Assembly (NCBI RefSeq): GCF_006345805.1
Contig: NC_043008.1
Coordinates: 49,104,001-49,168,000, forward strand
Direction: 5' to 3'
Source: Octopus sinensis
Taxonomy: Eukaryota
DNA: 64,000 nucleotides
Shown: one piece after another, positions 12,647-26,498 of the stretch
Position numbering within the stretch: the first letter of the stretch is position 1
Layout: every line of letters starts with the position of its first letter
Notes under the pieces: model-generated
What the model saw: the letters and a program-made list of their open reading frames with translations, nothing else
Databases searched by the model: none
What the model was told of the DNA's origin: nothing
Program-made: the position numbers and the translations under genes

Positions 12647-12880
12647 CTGAAAAATAACCTTCAACATTGGTCTTAGAACTTCCAAATGGTTCTTGACTTA
12701 TTGAAGTATTTCGTTAGATTATTTAATCACCTCCACTAAAGGATATCATTGATGATTGCAAATTTCTCGAAGCTTCTATTTTCAACACGGTGACTTCAAA
12801 TTAATACAGTTCTATATTTACGAGGAAATATGTACATTATTTACATTTGACGGATATTTGTCCTTATCTTGTTTGTTGTT

Positions 12881-12926
12881 AACACAACGTTTCGGCTGAT
12901 ATACCCTCCAGCCTTCATCGGGTGTT
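12881..12926 (-). ncRNA. Type I hammerhead ribozyme motif, core-mutated copy
   Basis: AACAC-CCGAUGA-A-GGCUG-loop-CAGCC-GAA-ACGU-U-GUGUU; perfect stems, U-to-C change in the CUGA box. Confidence 0.55.
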
Positions 12927-13019
12927 TTGGGGAAATTTCGAACCTGGGTTCTCATTCCTAAGGTATTTTTCGATGTCGTTATTGTTGTTGTTGTTGTGTT
13001 GTTGTTAGTAATGGTGGTG

Positions 13020-13123
<104 letters not shown>

Positions 13124-13146
13124 TTCAGGTCACTGCTTGGAATCGA

Positions 13147-13205
<59 letters not shown>

Positions 13206-13251
13206 TCGAAAAATACTTTAGGAATGAGAAACCCGGTTCGAAATTTCCCAA

Positions 13252-13297
13252 GACACCTGATGAAGTCTGGAGGGTATATCAGCCGAAACGTTGTGTT
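13252..13297 (+). ncRNA. Type I hammerhead ribozyme motif (minimal, Penelope-type)
   Basis: GACAC-CUGAUGA-A-GUCUG-loop-CAGCC-GAA-ACGU-U-GUGUU; intact core, one mismatch in stem II. Confidence 0.7.
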
Positions 13298-14689
13298 AAC
13301 AACAAACAAGATGAGGACAAATATCCGTCAAATGTAAATAATGTAAATAATGTTCAAATTAATAATTTCCTTGTGAAAGCCACAAGCTTTGAATGATATC
13401 CACGATTTCAACATGGTGGTGTAAGGAAACTTTCGTTATTGTGTTCAAACTCGATGGAACTGAAAATATCAATAAAATACCCCAGCCTAAAAACAAAATG
13501 TTTCAATTTTAACTCAGATCGTAAATGGTGGGGCTGGCGGGTCATTGACGCTCGAGAAATTCGAGGTTTTCATACTGAAGTTCGACTACAAGTACGAAAA
13601 GACGGCCATAACTTAGCCAACGTGTTTCTGTGTTAAACATTAAAACATAATATTCCGCTTAAATCTCCAAAACGGCAGATGATTCAAGGCAGGTCCACGA
13701 ATAAAAATGAATGTTGACTAAACTGTTCATTACTTGTTAGTTTTGCGACGATAGAGGTTGTCTACAACAGCAAAGGTTTTACACTGAAGTCTGTGAGTTT
13801 AGTTAAGTCGTTATGATACGGGAATTCGTCAGAGGAAATATATTTCAACAAAAGAATTGGGTGGCACCGGGGACTTAGAAATAGAAGAGGGTGAAGATAA
13901 GAGGACAATGCAGAAATAAAGATTAAAACGTAGTCATTCATGGAAAGAGTGATATAATTGTGTTTGTGTAGATAAGAGCCAAAATACATACGTGACAGGT
14001 TGGTGAGAAGGTAATAGTCATGAGTTAAGCAAATGATTAATGCATGAATTTGTAAATGAAGTTCAAAAACCAATACAGAAATGGGAGAAGGTCCCTTGGT
14101 GGGTGTCGTGGAGATAATGTATTTTTGAGAGCAGGAAAAAGACAGAGAGAAAGTGAGAAGTGTTAATTATTTCGCAGTGACCAGAATGAAAGAGGAAAGG
14201 AGTTTAAAAATGTCAGAAAAGACGTAATTTAAGAAAAATTATTTACATTTAGGCGCAGGAGTGGCTGTGTGGTTCCGAGTTCAGTCCCACTGCGTGTCAC
14301 CTTGGGCAAGTGTCTTCTACTATAGCCTCAGGCCGACCAAAGCTTTGTGAGTGGATTTGGTAGACGGGGGCTGAAGGGGGCCCGTCGTATATATGTATAT
14401 ATCTGTATATATGCGTGTGTGTGATTGTGTCTGTGTTTGTCCCCCTAGCATTGCTTGACAACCGATGCTGGTGTGTTTATGTCCCCGTCACTTAGCGGTT
14501 CGGCAAAAGAGGCCGATAGAATAAGTACTGGGCTTACAAAAGAATAAGTTCCGGGGTCGAGTTGCTCGATTAAATGCGGTGCTCCAGCATGGCCGCAGTC
14601 AAATGACTGAAACAAGTAAAAAAAAAAAAAAAAGAAATCTATTTTTTTTTTACAAAGAAGTTAATCTTCCGTAAGGCCTGTTGGTGAGG

Positions 14690-15720
14690 GAGTGCCGAGT
14701 ACACAGGTAAGTTACTTGTCTCTACGTTTTGTGGGGAGGTGAAAACCTGTAAGTGTTCAGAAAGTCCACACACCGAGAGGTAGTTAACGGAGTGACCAGG
14801 TGAACTGAAATGGCGGGCGACGTGTTTTGCCTGAGACGAGTAGAGAATACTAAACCAATGATAACAGGATCGGTCACCTAAATAATATCTTACGCCATCG
14901 GCGTATTGTGCTTAAGAAACGGTATGTTGTAGATGAGATTGATAAGGTGTTGGGTGAATTGGCACGAGGATTTCGGGTTGATTATGATTGTAGTGTTCGA
15001 GATATAATCAAACGGGACATCTTAACGAGGGCATTTAAAGGTACCCGGCTAAATGTCACTAGAGGTCAAGTACCCGACTAGTTGTGACTAGGAGCTAGGT
15101 ACTCGGCTGGTTGTGACTAAGCTTCTAACCAAGGGGTTATGGAGTTTTCTGTCTCCTTTGAAAGAGAAACGAAATGGCGAGGTTCCCGGGTGAGAGAGTA
15201 AAATATAGAAATTAAGGTGGGAAGTGGGTTTCAATGGGATGCTGGCTTGGTAGAAGGTAAAAGATGGCGAAGTGCAGTCGGAGGAACTACGGGTGGCTGA
15301 TAGGAGTGTGGTGTTGTAGATGATAGCTCTGGATTAGGGCAAGGTGACATGTACAACTGACAGAGTACCCCACCATCAAAGATATGATTTACTCCGATTT
15401 AGAAGACGAGATCACTGCTAGGATGGGGAGAAGGTGGAGTTTTGGAGGGAGGTGGTAGGGTTTTGGAGGGAGTGGTAATTGATTTGATGGCGTGTGGAGT
15501 AAAGGGAAAGAATAATTGAGATAGGAGTTGGAATGAGAAGGTTTACAATATACGAATATGATGAGTAGAAAGGTATCAATGACGAGGGGGTGGGAGATCG
15601 ATAAAGAGAGAGGGAAAGTGATATCAACTGACAGATATGTTGCGGGTTTGGGATAAATATCAATGTAAAGTGCAACAGGGGGGGGGTGTAAGACGCTGGA
15701 AACTTTTATATATGGCAACT
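14690..15720 (-). mobile_element. Penelope-like element remnant (RT C-terminus + GIY-YIG)
   Basis: VYCKPSHSNSYLNY (RT tail), NLIYNI, KHVARHFSSPGHSVNYLSVCGL. Confidence 0.75.
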
Positions 15721-16727
15721 CGTGGGAAATGAGGTGGTAAGAAGGTGATGGAGTGGAAGATACAGCTTTTAATTATTCTAATTTCCAAAATAATATTTTC
15801 AGTTTATATTCTGTGCGAATCATTTGGAAATATTAATAGTCGAAATATGGCGGCAATATGACAGAATCGTTAGCACGCCGGACAAAATACTTAGCGGTAT
15901 TTCGTCCGTCTTTATGTTCGGAGTTCAAATGCCATCAAGCTTGCTTCATCCCTTTCGTGGTCACGAAAATAAATACCAGTTGAGCACTGGGGGTCGATGT
16001 AATCGACTTCAAAATTTCTGGCCTTGTGCCAAAATCTGAAACCATTATTATTTGCCAGAATGTTTCCACATTAGATATTGATGCCGTGACTTAGGTACAA
16101 GAAATCTTTTAATGGGGATCAACCTGTTGGCGGCAATTTGTTGTTGTGTTTCATTTTGTTGAAGCGTAGCAAGGGAAGATGCTGAAAAAATATTAATAAC
16201 AGAAAAAAGGGGGGATAGTTTTTTTTAATGGCTGAAGACCAATGGAATAGGAGATGAAGAAGTAGAAATTTAGTTCGTATCAGGTGTAAGAAATGGAAAT
16301 AACAAATCAGAGGTTCACAAGTTCTTTTCTACTCTAGGCACAAGGCCCGAAGTTTTGGGGGTGGGGGCCTAGTCGATTACACAATTGGTACTTAATTTAT
16401 CGACTCTGAAAAAATAAAAGGTGAAGTCGACCTTGTTGGAATTTGAACTCAGCGAAGCATTTCGGCCGGCGTGCTAACGTTTCTGCCAGCTCGCCGCCTT
16501 GGGTTTCACAACTTCTATAATTAACCCTCACCAAATAATTGATAGTATTGCTTTCAAATATTGCTTTTTTTTTTAAACAAAATTTGCTTCTTTTTTTTTT
16601 TTTTTGTATGTAAATATCATCTTACAAACATCAAAAAACAATTTCGTTTACTCACACTTCGATTTAAAAAGAAAAACTTGCTTAAAATTTCAGCATGACT
16701 TTACAAAAAACATTTTGTAATATAATC

Positions 16728-16784
<57 letters not shown>

Positions 16785-17290
16785 TTTACTCAAAGGAAAT
16801 GAGGTCAGGTCCATAATAATGACATTTGCGTGACCCTCCCAGAGGAGTGAAATCATTGTGGTTGATGTTCGAATTGAAAATAAATAATTAATTAATAATT
16901 GAATTAATTAATAATAAAATTGAAGAACATCAATCATAAATCACTGTATATTTACACACAATATTCTTGTTATTTCATGTGTAATATTGACAGGTATAAT
17001 AATTAGAATTACACGGTTTTATATTATGATTATATAAGGTGTGAATCCACAGTCTGATGTGTTAAGAGTCATGTAGAATAACGTTACGCACAAAGTGTGT
17101 TATGAATGGTGCCGACGCATGGGGCCGACAGTTCTTTGTCCTACCTATACAATGCATACAAACACACATGCACATACAAACATACATACAATATAGTGTT
17201 GTATCTATACAATATTTATATTTATGCAATAGTGTTATATATATATATATACAGTATATGTGATATCTATACAATATAGAGTTTTACCTA

Positions 17291-18619
17291 CACCCAGAAC
17301 CACGCTAATAGCTTAGGAGTGAAATAGAAGGCCTTAACGACGAAGAAAAATGTGTCATCATCAAAGGAAGTGCTAAAGGCACCTCTCTTCATGTTATTGC
17401 GGAGAAGTTAGGTCGTCATGTGGACACCGTTGGACGATTCCTGAAGGATCCTTCGCCAAGGAAGAAACTATCTGATTGTGGAACCTCGAAGACTGTGACG
17501 GCTAGGGATTTAAGGAATATTGGCCACAAGTTTAGGGGGGAAACCTGGACACACAATCAAAGCCGGACTATCGAAAACCACCAGAAATTGTATCCTCGGG
17601 GCCATAGCTTCCGTGCGAGAACCCCTGAAAGTCCCTCCTTTAACGCCTCGTCACAGAAGTTTGAGGCTTCAATGGGCCCAAAAGTACATGACGTTAGACA
17701 TGAGTTGTGTTCTGTTCACTGACGAAACCAGAGCGACCCTTGACGGACCTGATTGTTGGGCAAATGGTTGGGTCTGTTTTGGAGATGTGCGTCACCAACG
17801 TTTACGACGTTAACAACAGGGTGGAGGAGTCATGTTGTGGGCTGGTATCACTGGGGACAGATTTGTTGACCCAGTCAGGGTACCTGAAGAGGTTGAAGTG
17901 ACCGTAGCCGCCTGCTGCAATCTCCTGAAGGACATCTTAGATTCCTGGCTACATGACATACTGCTGTCACTTCTAAGGAATCTCGTATTCGTGCATGACA
18001 ACGCTCCCTACCACTCGGCTAGGGCCACCCAAACATTCTTAAGGTCTTACCGCATATAAGGTGAAAGGCTGATAATGTGGCCGCTAGCATCTCCGGATCT
18101 CAACCCTATCGAAAATCTTTGGTCCATCGTCAAACAAGATGTTTATGCCGATGAACGCCAATTTACGTCGAAAGATGTCTTATGGGCGACCAGCAGAGGC
18201 TGTCCAACCTGCTACTATTAAGAAATTAACAGATTCCATAACTAATAGGGTTTTTGATGTTATCCATCAAAATGGCGCTCATGTGGCTAAATAATTCATT
18301 ATGTCAATAAATGTTATAACATTATTATGGTTTTCTATTAAATATATACTCAATGTATGCTCAATATGTATCGTTACCTTACATTTTCTGGGAAAAAATG
18401 TCTAGATGGGCCATTTTCATTCAAAAGTTATTAGCGTGGTTCACCCAAAAACTAAAGATTCTGAAATTAAAAAAAAGGGCGTTACACAGAATAATGGAAA
18501 CCTAACAATGGTATTGCCAAAGTGTGAAAACCAGCTGGGAAAAGTTTTATCAAAAACGATTAACAGAAAACCGAGAAATCCTAAATTTCACACCCAAGCT
18601 TTTAGCGTGGTTCTGGGTG
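17291..18619 (+). mobile_element. Tc1-like DNA transposon, DD37E (TRT-type), defective
   Basis: 34-bp TIRs (cacccagaaccacgctaatagcttaggagtgaaa, 3 mismatches) with TA on both sides; VLFTDETRATLDGPD, VHDNAPYH, WPLASPDLNPIENLW with 37 residues between D and E; stops and frameshifts. Confidence 0.92.
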
Positions 18620-20661
18620 TATATACAATGTCCTCACATAATGTGTGCTGTATATCATAGTTCTGTACAAGGTCTCCACACAGTAAAATGTGGTGTAACC
18701 ATGTATCCTCTTCAACAAATCTGTTCCGGTTCCGGTCCCACCTTTTATACTTTAAACCCTTTACCTAGCATAAAGATGCCTCCTCCTTTATTGTAGCCCC
18801 CACTCAACCGAAGAGGGTCTTGGTTTTGCAAGTTACACGGCAACCTCACTAGTGTTGGTGCCACGAGAAAAACTACTCAGTACACTGTGTGAAGTAGTTG
18901 TCATCAGGAAGAGTATCCAGCCATAGAAACTAGGTTGAAGCTGCGAGCTGGCAAAAACGCTACCACGTCGGGCGAAATGCTTAATAGGTATTTCGTTTGC
19001 CGTTACGTTCTGAGTTCAAATTCCGCCGAGGTTGACTTTGCCTTTCATCCTTTCGGTGTGGATAAATTAAGTACCAGTTACGCACTGGAGTCGATATAAT
19101 CGACTTGATCCGTTCGTCTGTCCTTGTTTGTCCCCTCTGTGTTTATCCCCTTGTGGGTAAAGAAATAGAAATAGGTATTTCGTCTGCCGCTACGTTCTGA
19201 GTTCAAATTCCACCGAGGTCGACTTTGCTCTATGTTTAGCCCCTTGTGGGCAATAAAGAAATAAGAAACTAGGTTGAAGCAGACACGGCAACATGCTGCA
19301 GTCCTCCCGTTGGTCTTCAGACACTTTTTAAAACCTATCAAAAAACCGTCCAATTCATGCCAGCAGGGAAATCAGATGTCAAATGATGATGATGATGATG
19401 ACGACGGTGTGACGTGCCCACATAGTTTACTGTGTTGTGGATATGTACAATATCTCCGCACAATACAGTCATCCCTCACCCGTGAATAAGTTTGGCTTGA
19501 TAGCGTGTACCATGCTTTCGCAAATTGTTTCAGGTGCCAGTATAGTCATGAGCAGATAGCGACTCCGTCTCGACTCTCCCACCCTCTGATCCATATGGAG
19601 AGAGGGAGGAGAGAACAAGAGAGAGAAAAATATTATTTAATATAAGCGTATACAATGTAGGAGCAGGGGTGGCTGTGTGGTAAGAAGTTTGCTTCCGAAC
19701 CGTAAGCATGGCACCTTGGGCAAGTGTCTCCTACTACAGGCCCTGGCCGACCAAAGCCTTGTGACTGGATTTGTTAGGCGGAAACTGAGAGAATCCCGTC
19801 GTGTGTGTGTGTGTCTTTGTGTCACCCACCACTGCTAACAACCGGTATTGGTGTATTTACATCCCCGTAACTTAGCGTTTCGGCAAAAGAGTCTGATAGA
19901 ATAAGCACCGTTCTTTTACAAATAAAATCCTGGGGTCGATTCATTCGACTAAAAATTCTTCGAAGCAGTGCCCCAGCATGGCTACAGTCTAATGACTGAA
20001 AGAAGATAATCTCCACCGACCGCACCATGGTATACTAGTGTCATAGCTATGTAGAATGACCCCATAATGTAATATACATAATGCCCCGTCCACCCCTGCA
20101 GTGTCCATGCTGTGGTGTTCGTTGATACGTTCCTGGATGGTTCTAGTAATACAAAGGTTGCTAACCCAACTCACTTCTATTTCTGGAAACCAAGTCGCTG
20201 TGAGTAGTCTCCTTGAACCATCCTCTCGTTACAATGAAGTCCGAGCAAAAAGGGAGACGAATCAACTTCGGTATATGACCGGTGATTTATTGACCCCCGC
20301 CAGGACGATGAAAGATGAATTTAACGTCAGTAGGGTTTGAACTCAAACTGCAGAGAGCCGGAACAAATGCCACAAGGCTTTCTATCCGATGCTCTAACGA
20401 CTCGTAATTTCCCACTTATATGTACCATGTGTTATGTCAACTAATACAATGATCCACCCCCCACACACACACAATGCTATCTTATAATTACAACGTGCCC
20501 CTCCCCGTGCCAACTGTACTATGCAAGATGTCCCTACACACTGTCTTGTAAGTACTACATAGTAATCCATAATTATATAAAGTCCCTATATATCGATTGA
20601 TACCACACGCCCAATGAACAGTATTTCCATAATTCACTGTTATTAAACCAACATTATGATT

Positions 20662-20997
20662 TTATATATATATATATATATGTAATGTATATATATATAT
20701 ATGTATGTATGTATATATATATATGTATGTATATATATATATGTATGTATATATATATATATATGTATGTATGTATATATATATATGTATGTATATATAT
20801 ATATGTATGTATATATATATAGAAGAAATAGCTATAACTCTTTGACTGCTATTTCTAAATTCGGTCTGTGGTAAGGCAATTCGTTGCTAAACCCTTTATT
20901 GCTTAGTATTACTTAAATTTTCGAACGAGGCTTTTACATGCCGAAGACTACTTGGTGTAATTGATAATTATTCCAAATAATTAATTTCACCCTTCAT

Positions 20998-21028
<31 letters not shown>

Positions 21029-21151
21029 GTATGTATATATATATATATGTATGTATGTATATATTATATATGTATGTATGTATATATATATGTATGTATG
21101 TATATATATATATGTATGTATGTATATATATATATGATGTATATATATATG

Positions 21152-21200
<49 letters not shown>

Positions 21201-21278
21201 TATGTATATATATAGTATGTATATATATATATATGTATGTATATATATATATTGTATGTATGTATATATGTATATATG

Positions 21279-21327
<49 letters not shown>

Positions 21328-21336
21328 GTATATATG

Positions 21337-21386
<50 letters not shown>

Positions 21387-21412
21387 TATAATATATATAT
21401 ATATACACATAC
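20662..21412. repeat. (TA)n/(TATG)n compound microsatellites
   Basis: 20662-20821 and 20998-21412. Confidence 0.95.
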
Positions 21413-21433
21413 ACACTGTATTTGTGAGTTAAG

Positions 21434-21528
21434 AAGGCTACCAATGGTTTCATGTAGAGATGAATCTCTAACAATTATCGAGCTTGTTTGGAGATTCTAG
21501 ATTTCATGAAGAAACCATTGGTAGCCTT
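21434..21528. mobile_element. Miniature MITE; shorter copy at 63088-63140
   Basis: TIR aaggctaccaatggttt in both copies. Confidence 0.7.
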
Positions 21529-22068
21529 AAGCCACAAATAAAGAATATTTATCGACCATTCTCCGTTCGATATTAGCGTGTGTGAACACACACACACAGG
21601 GTGTCCATAAATTGCCTTTACAATTCGAAAAATCAAGGGAAAACAGTATGGAATAACTCAAGAGGTTATGTACAACGACTGGAGCAGACGTGGAGGTACA
21701 CTCTTTCACTCTTTTACTTGTTTCAGTCATTTGACTGCGGCCATGCTGGAGCACCGCCTTTAGTCGAACAAATCGACCCAGTACTTATTCTATCGGTCTC
21801 TTTTGCCGAACCGCTAAGTGACGGGGACGTAAACACACCAGCATCGGTTGTCAAGCAATGCTAGGGGGACAAACACAGACACACAAACATATATATATAC
21901 ATACATATATACGACGGGCTTCTTTCAGTTTCCGTCTACCAAATCCAGTCACAAGGCTTTGGTTGGCCCGAGGCTATAGTTGAAGACACTTGCCCAAGAT
22001 GCCACGCAGTGGGACTGAACCCGGAACCATGTATTTTGATGTTTCTAATAAAACTTTGCTAAGTTAAC

Positions 22069-22248
22069 CTTTGATCTTTTCTTTCGTTTTGAATTTTACA
22101 AATTGTAAAGGTAATTTATGAACCCCTGTCACTGATATGCTGTATATTACAATATCCTTCTCTTGTGGCGTATTCTGTGTTTTAATTGGACGTATCCTCA
22201 AAGCCTGTGTTGAACTCTGGCCGAAGGGTGCTGCCAGGCAACAAGAAA
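22069..22248 (-). CDS. Candidate exon of an uncharacterised protein
   Basis: ttttgttttcctacttgtag acceptor, AAG/GTTAAC donor; 180 nt, phase 1 to 1; SCCLAAPFGQSSTQALRIRPIKTQNTPQEKDIVIYSISVTGVHKLPLQFVKFKTKEKIK. Confidence 0.55.
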
Positions 22249-22531
22249 CTACAAGTAGGAAAACAAAACAGACCAAGATAATCTGATCCCAGCTACAAGT
22301 TGTTTATGTGTACGTGCAAGTATATACATGTGAAATTGCATGCATACAGTGCCGACACACGAAACTCTCAGCCCTTGAGTCACTCGACTCTGCTAAATAT
22401 TAATAAAAATATATATATTGAGTTCTATTTTTCTTGTGCTTCAACACCTGTATGTGTGCGCGTGTATACACGAGTGTATAAATATATATATATACACATA
22501 CATATATACACACACGTATATTATATACGTG

Positions 22532-22583
<52 letters not shown>

Positions 22584-22754
22584 GTGTATATATATATATA
22601 TAAAGAATATGAAGGAGTTAGTTCACTTGTGATCTAAACGAATAGGTACGCTGAGTAAGTGCTAAGGGTGGTCGACCGTTAGGTTCCAAGATCACAGCTA
22701 AGGTTGGATCTAGGGAACCACGTTAGGGTTCCATTATAGCATGTATGTATTATA

Positions 22755-23040
22755 TTAGAGGAAAAAATCAAGATCCAAGGCAGAACGAGTATCTCAAGTC
22801 ATTTAGAATAATTTAATTAGGGTAGGGTGAATTTGAAGTCTTACAGCCGTTTCTGGGGTAACCCAAGTGGTTGGTCATCCTTGTCTGATAACGGAATACC
22901 CAGTGCACGGACAGGCTAACCAACCACTTGGGTTATCCCAGAAACGGCTGTAAGACTTCATATTCACCTTACCCTAATTATATTATTCTAAATGACTTTG
23001 AGATACTCGTTCTGTCTTGGGTTTTGATTTTTCCTCTAAT
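22755..23040. mobile_element. Fold-back MITE
   Basis: approximately 130-bp inverted arms, short loop, TA-rich flanks. Confidence 0.85.
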
Positions 23041-23517
23041 ATATATATACATACATACATGTATACACACCATTATTATTATTATTATTAACGGGACGAG
23101 CAAGCAGAAACGTTAGCATGCCAAGCCAAATTTTTAGAGGCATTTCGTCTGTCCTTACATTCCAAGTTCAAATTCCGAGATCGATTTTGCCTTTCATCAT
23201 TTTGGGGTCGATAAATCAAGTACCAGTATTAATATTATATAGTTATATTTGGGGACAGAAAGCTTTATTATTATTATTAGTTGAAAATGATAATAAATCT
23301 AAGATCAAATAGTGCATGTGTTTATTGGCAAAAACGACCGTCCCAGAATATATGTCAACACAATTTCCCATCAAGAATCTTGCAAAACAAATACATAAAC
23401 ATTTTATATATATGTATGTATCTATGTATATATATATATCCAGTTATGTAATACAATGTATATACCCAGTTGATAGGCCAGTCAGTGCAGTATTTATCCT
23501 GAGATAACATCTCTTAC

Positions 23518-23682
23518 AAATGTGAGGTGATAAAAAGTAATAAATATCAGGAGGCAAAAATTTATCGCTGCAGCAACCAGCAAGTGTGCCAGATGCATGC
23601 CCCCCACCTGCCACATTTTTTTTAGCCTCTTCAATGCCATTACTCCCAGCCAGCCATGTGCTCAGTTGAGAGCTCATTGTCT
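23518..23682 (-). CDS. Candidate exon of an uncharacterised protein
   Basis: ttttactctatatcag acceptor, TTT/GTAAGA donor; phase 1 to 1; TMSSQLSTWLAGSNGIEEAKKNVAGGGHASGTLAGCCSDKFLPPDIYYFLSPHI. Confidence 0.55.
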
Positions 23683-24294
23683 CTGATATAGAGTAAAATC
23701 AATAAAACATTCTCTGATGTTGCAAATACCCATCCGGCTGAACAAAACTCCAATATATGCAATTGAGGTGGTTTTTAATTAAAATAGCCATCTATGTATC
23801 ATACTTAATGTATACACACTGTCAAAGGGCATCCAGCCGTAGAAACATTGCCAGATCAGACTGGGCCTGGTGCAGCCTTCTGGCTTCCCAGACCCTAGTT
23901 GAACCGTCCAACCCATGCTAGCATGGAGAACGGACGCTAAATGATGATGATATATATATATTCATAAGTACATATATTTACTAAACACAATTCGAGTATG
24001 GTTGATGCCAGTGCCACCTGACTGGCTCCCATGCTGGTGGCAAATAAAATGCACCCACTACACTCTCGGAGTGATTGGCATTAGGAAGGACATCTAGCTG
24101 TAGAAACTTTGCCAGATCAGATTGGAGCCTGGTGCAGCGTTCTGGCTTGCCAGTCCTCAGTAAGCCTCCCAGCTTGTTAATTTTGTCAGACCGTCCAACC
24201 CATGCCAGCATGGAAAGCAGACGTTAAATAATGATGATGATATATGAGTTAGTATAAAGTTGTGTTTATCCTTATTTTTCAGACATATATATAT

Positions 24295-24671
24295 ATATCA
24301 TCATCATCATCATCATCATTTAGCGTCCGTTCTCCATGCTAGCATGGGTTGGACGGTTCAACTGGGGTCTGTGAAGCTGGAAAGCTTCATCAGGCCCAGT
24401 CAGATCTGGCAATGTTTCTACGGCTGGATGCCCTTCCTAACGCCAACCACTCCGTGAGTGTAGTGGGTGCTTTTTACGTGCCACCCGCACAGGTGCCAGA
24501 CAGAGCTGGCAAACGGCCACGAACGGATGGTGCTTTTACGTGTCACCGGCACGGGGCCAGGCGAGGCTGGCAACGGACACGAACGGATGGTGCTTTTACA
24601 TGCCACCGACACAGGGCCCAGACAGGGCTGGCAAACGGCCACGAACGGATGGTGCTTTTACGTGTCACCGG

Positions 24672-24675
<4 letters not shown>
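24295..24675 (-). mobile_element. RTE-derived short element with 61-bp internal tandem repeat
   Basis: (CAT)n tail and ctggatgcccttcctaacgccaacc shared with the RTE 3' end; three 61-bp units at 24508-24675; related copies about 4210-4440, 23820-24245, 42175-42483, 52845-53090. Confidence 0.85.
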
Positions 24676-24702
<27 letters not shown>

Positions 24703-24703
<1 letters not shown>

Positions 24704-24982
24704 TGCAGCATTGAAGGTGTTTATAAGCCATTTAAGAAACACACAAAAACCGTTAGATTCACTTCAACATTTAAATTTAATTTGCCAAAATATTTTCGTC
24801 GCTCTGAAACCGCAACCTGTTCACTGACAAAATTTCATGATGCATCACGGAATTTTGTCAGTGAACAGGTTGCGGTTTCAAAGCAACTAAATATTTTGAC
24901 AAATTAAATTTAAATGTTGAGGTGAATCTAGCGATTTCTTTGTGTGTTTTTAAATGGCTTATAAACACCTTCCATGCTGCAA
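24703..24982. mobile_element. Fold-back element (almost loop-less 280-bp palindrome)
   Basis: approximately 134-bp inverted arms; the centre tgatgcatca is itself palindromic. Confidence 0.85.
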
Positions 24983-25043
24983 CTGTTTGTTTCAGCACAT
25001 GATCTCAGATCAGGTCACTTGCTATGCATGTACATCTCCATAA

Positions 25044-25079
<36 letters not shown>

Positions 25080-26004
25080 AAGAGAGATGGAGAGCGAGAG
25101 AGAGAAGGGGGGAGAGAGACAATGATAATTAAAATATATTTTTTTCACAAGATCAATAACTGCAAATGCTGTAAATTTGAAATCAATCAGAAATTTCAAT
25201 TCAGAACAGTTAACGAGATTTCATGTCAACGAGCTGTAGTAATTTAAGTAACAAAATAATCACAATTATGGCTTGTAACGCTAATGTGAACAGTGATTAT
25301 TCCCAACACAGAGATCTATGACTGCAAGATTTGAAAATGGATTTAGTCAATCACATCAACCCCAGTACACCACTGGTATTTAGTTTATCTACAATCCTAC
25401 CCACTGTCCTGAAAGGCAAAGTCAGCATTGGTGAGATTTGAACATAATAATTTTCTACTCTAGGCACAAGGCCCGAAATTTTGCGGGAAGGGGCTCATCG
25501 ATTAGGTCAACCCTAGTATGCAATTGGTACTTAATTTATCGACCCTGAAAGTCGACCTTGGCAGAATTTGAACTCAGTTACAGACAGACGAAATACTGCT
25601 AAGCATTTCACCCAGCATGCTAACGATTCTGTCAGCTCTCTGCCTTGATTTGAACAAAATAATTAACAATAATTGGTTGATTATCTGCAAATTAAGAGGA
25701 AGAAAGCAAAATGAAAAAAAAAAAAACGAATATGTTTTTAAAATATCATTTAAGATATTTGTTTGTTTTTTGTGTCACTTTTTTTTTTTTTAATATTACA
25801 GTAAAGATACATGAAGAATATGGCAGCTTCAGAATATTATAAGATTAAATAAATATATAAAGAATTATATCTGAAATATCTGCCAATTCCAGAGATGTAC
25901 ACATGCCAAACATCTATTGAAATGAGGAGAGGCATTTACAAAAAGGATTAGAATTACAGAAAAAAAGAGTGCCAAAAAAAAAAAAAAAACAACAAAAAAT
26001 AACA

Positions 26005-26458
26005 ACATTGGTTTCAAATTTTGGCTCAAGGCCAGCAATTTTGAGGGGAGGTCGACTGGTCGATTACATCGACCCCAGTATGCAACTGGTACTTAATTTA
26101 TTGACCCCAAAAGGATGAAACGCAAAGTTGACCTCGGCAGGATTTGAACTCAGAACATAGTGGCAGGCGAAACACTAAGCAGCTTGTCTGGCACACTAAC
26201 AATTCTGCCAGCTCACCATAATAATAATAATAATAATAATAATATTTTCTACTAGAGGCACAAGGCCTGAAATTTGGTGAAGAGTAATAGTTGATTACAT
26301 CAACCCCCAGTGCGTAACTGGTACTTAGTTTATCGACCCCAAAAGGATGAAAGGTAAAGTCAACCTCAGCAGAATTTGAATTGGGAATATAATTTCAGAC
26401 TAAATACCGCAAAGCGTTTCGCCCACCATACTAATGATTCTGCCAGCTCACGACCTTC

Positions 26459-26460
<2 letters not shown>
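26005..26460 (-). mobile_element. Two adjacent SINE family B copies with (AAT)n tracts
   Basis: gcctttcatcctttcggggtcgat core; many more copies about 330-520, 15845-16040, 16325-16500, 20270-20410, 23095-23230, 25395-25645, 53280-53610, 55150-55400, 58725-59400. Confidence 0.85.
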
Positions 26461-26498
<38 letters not shown>

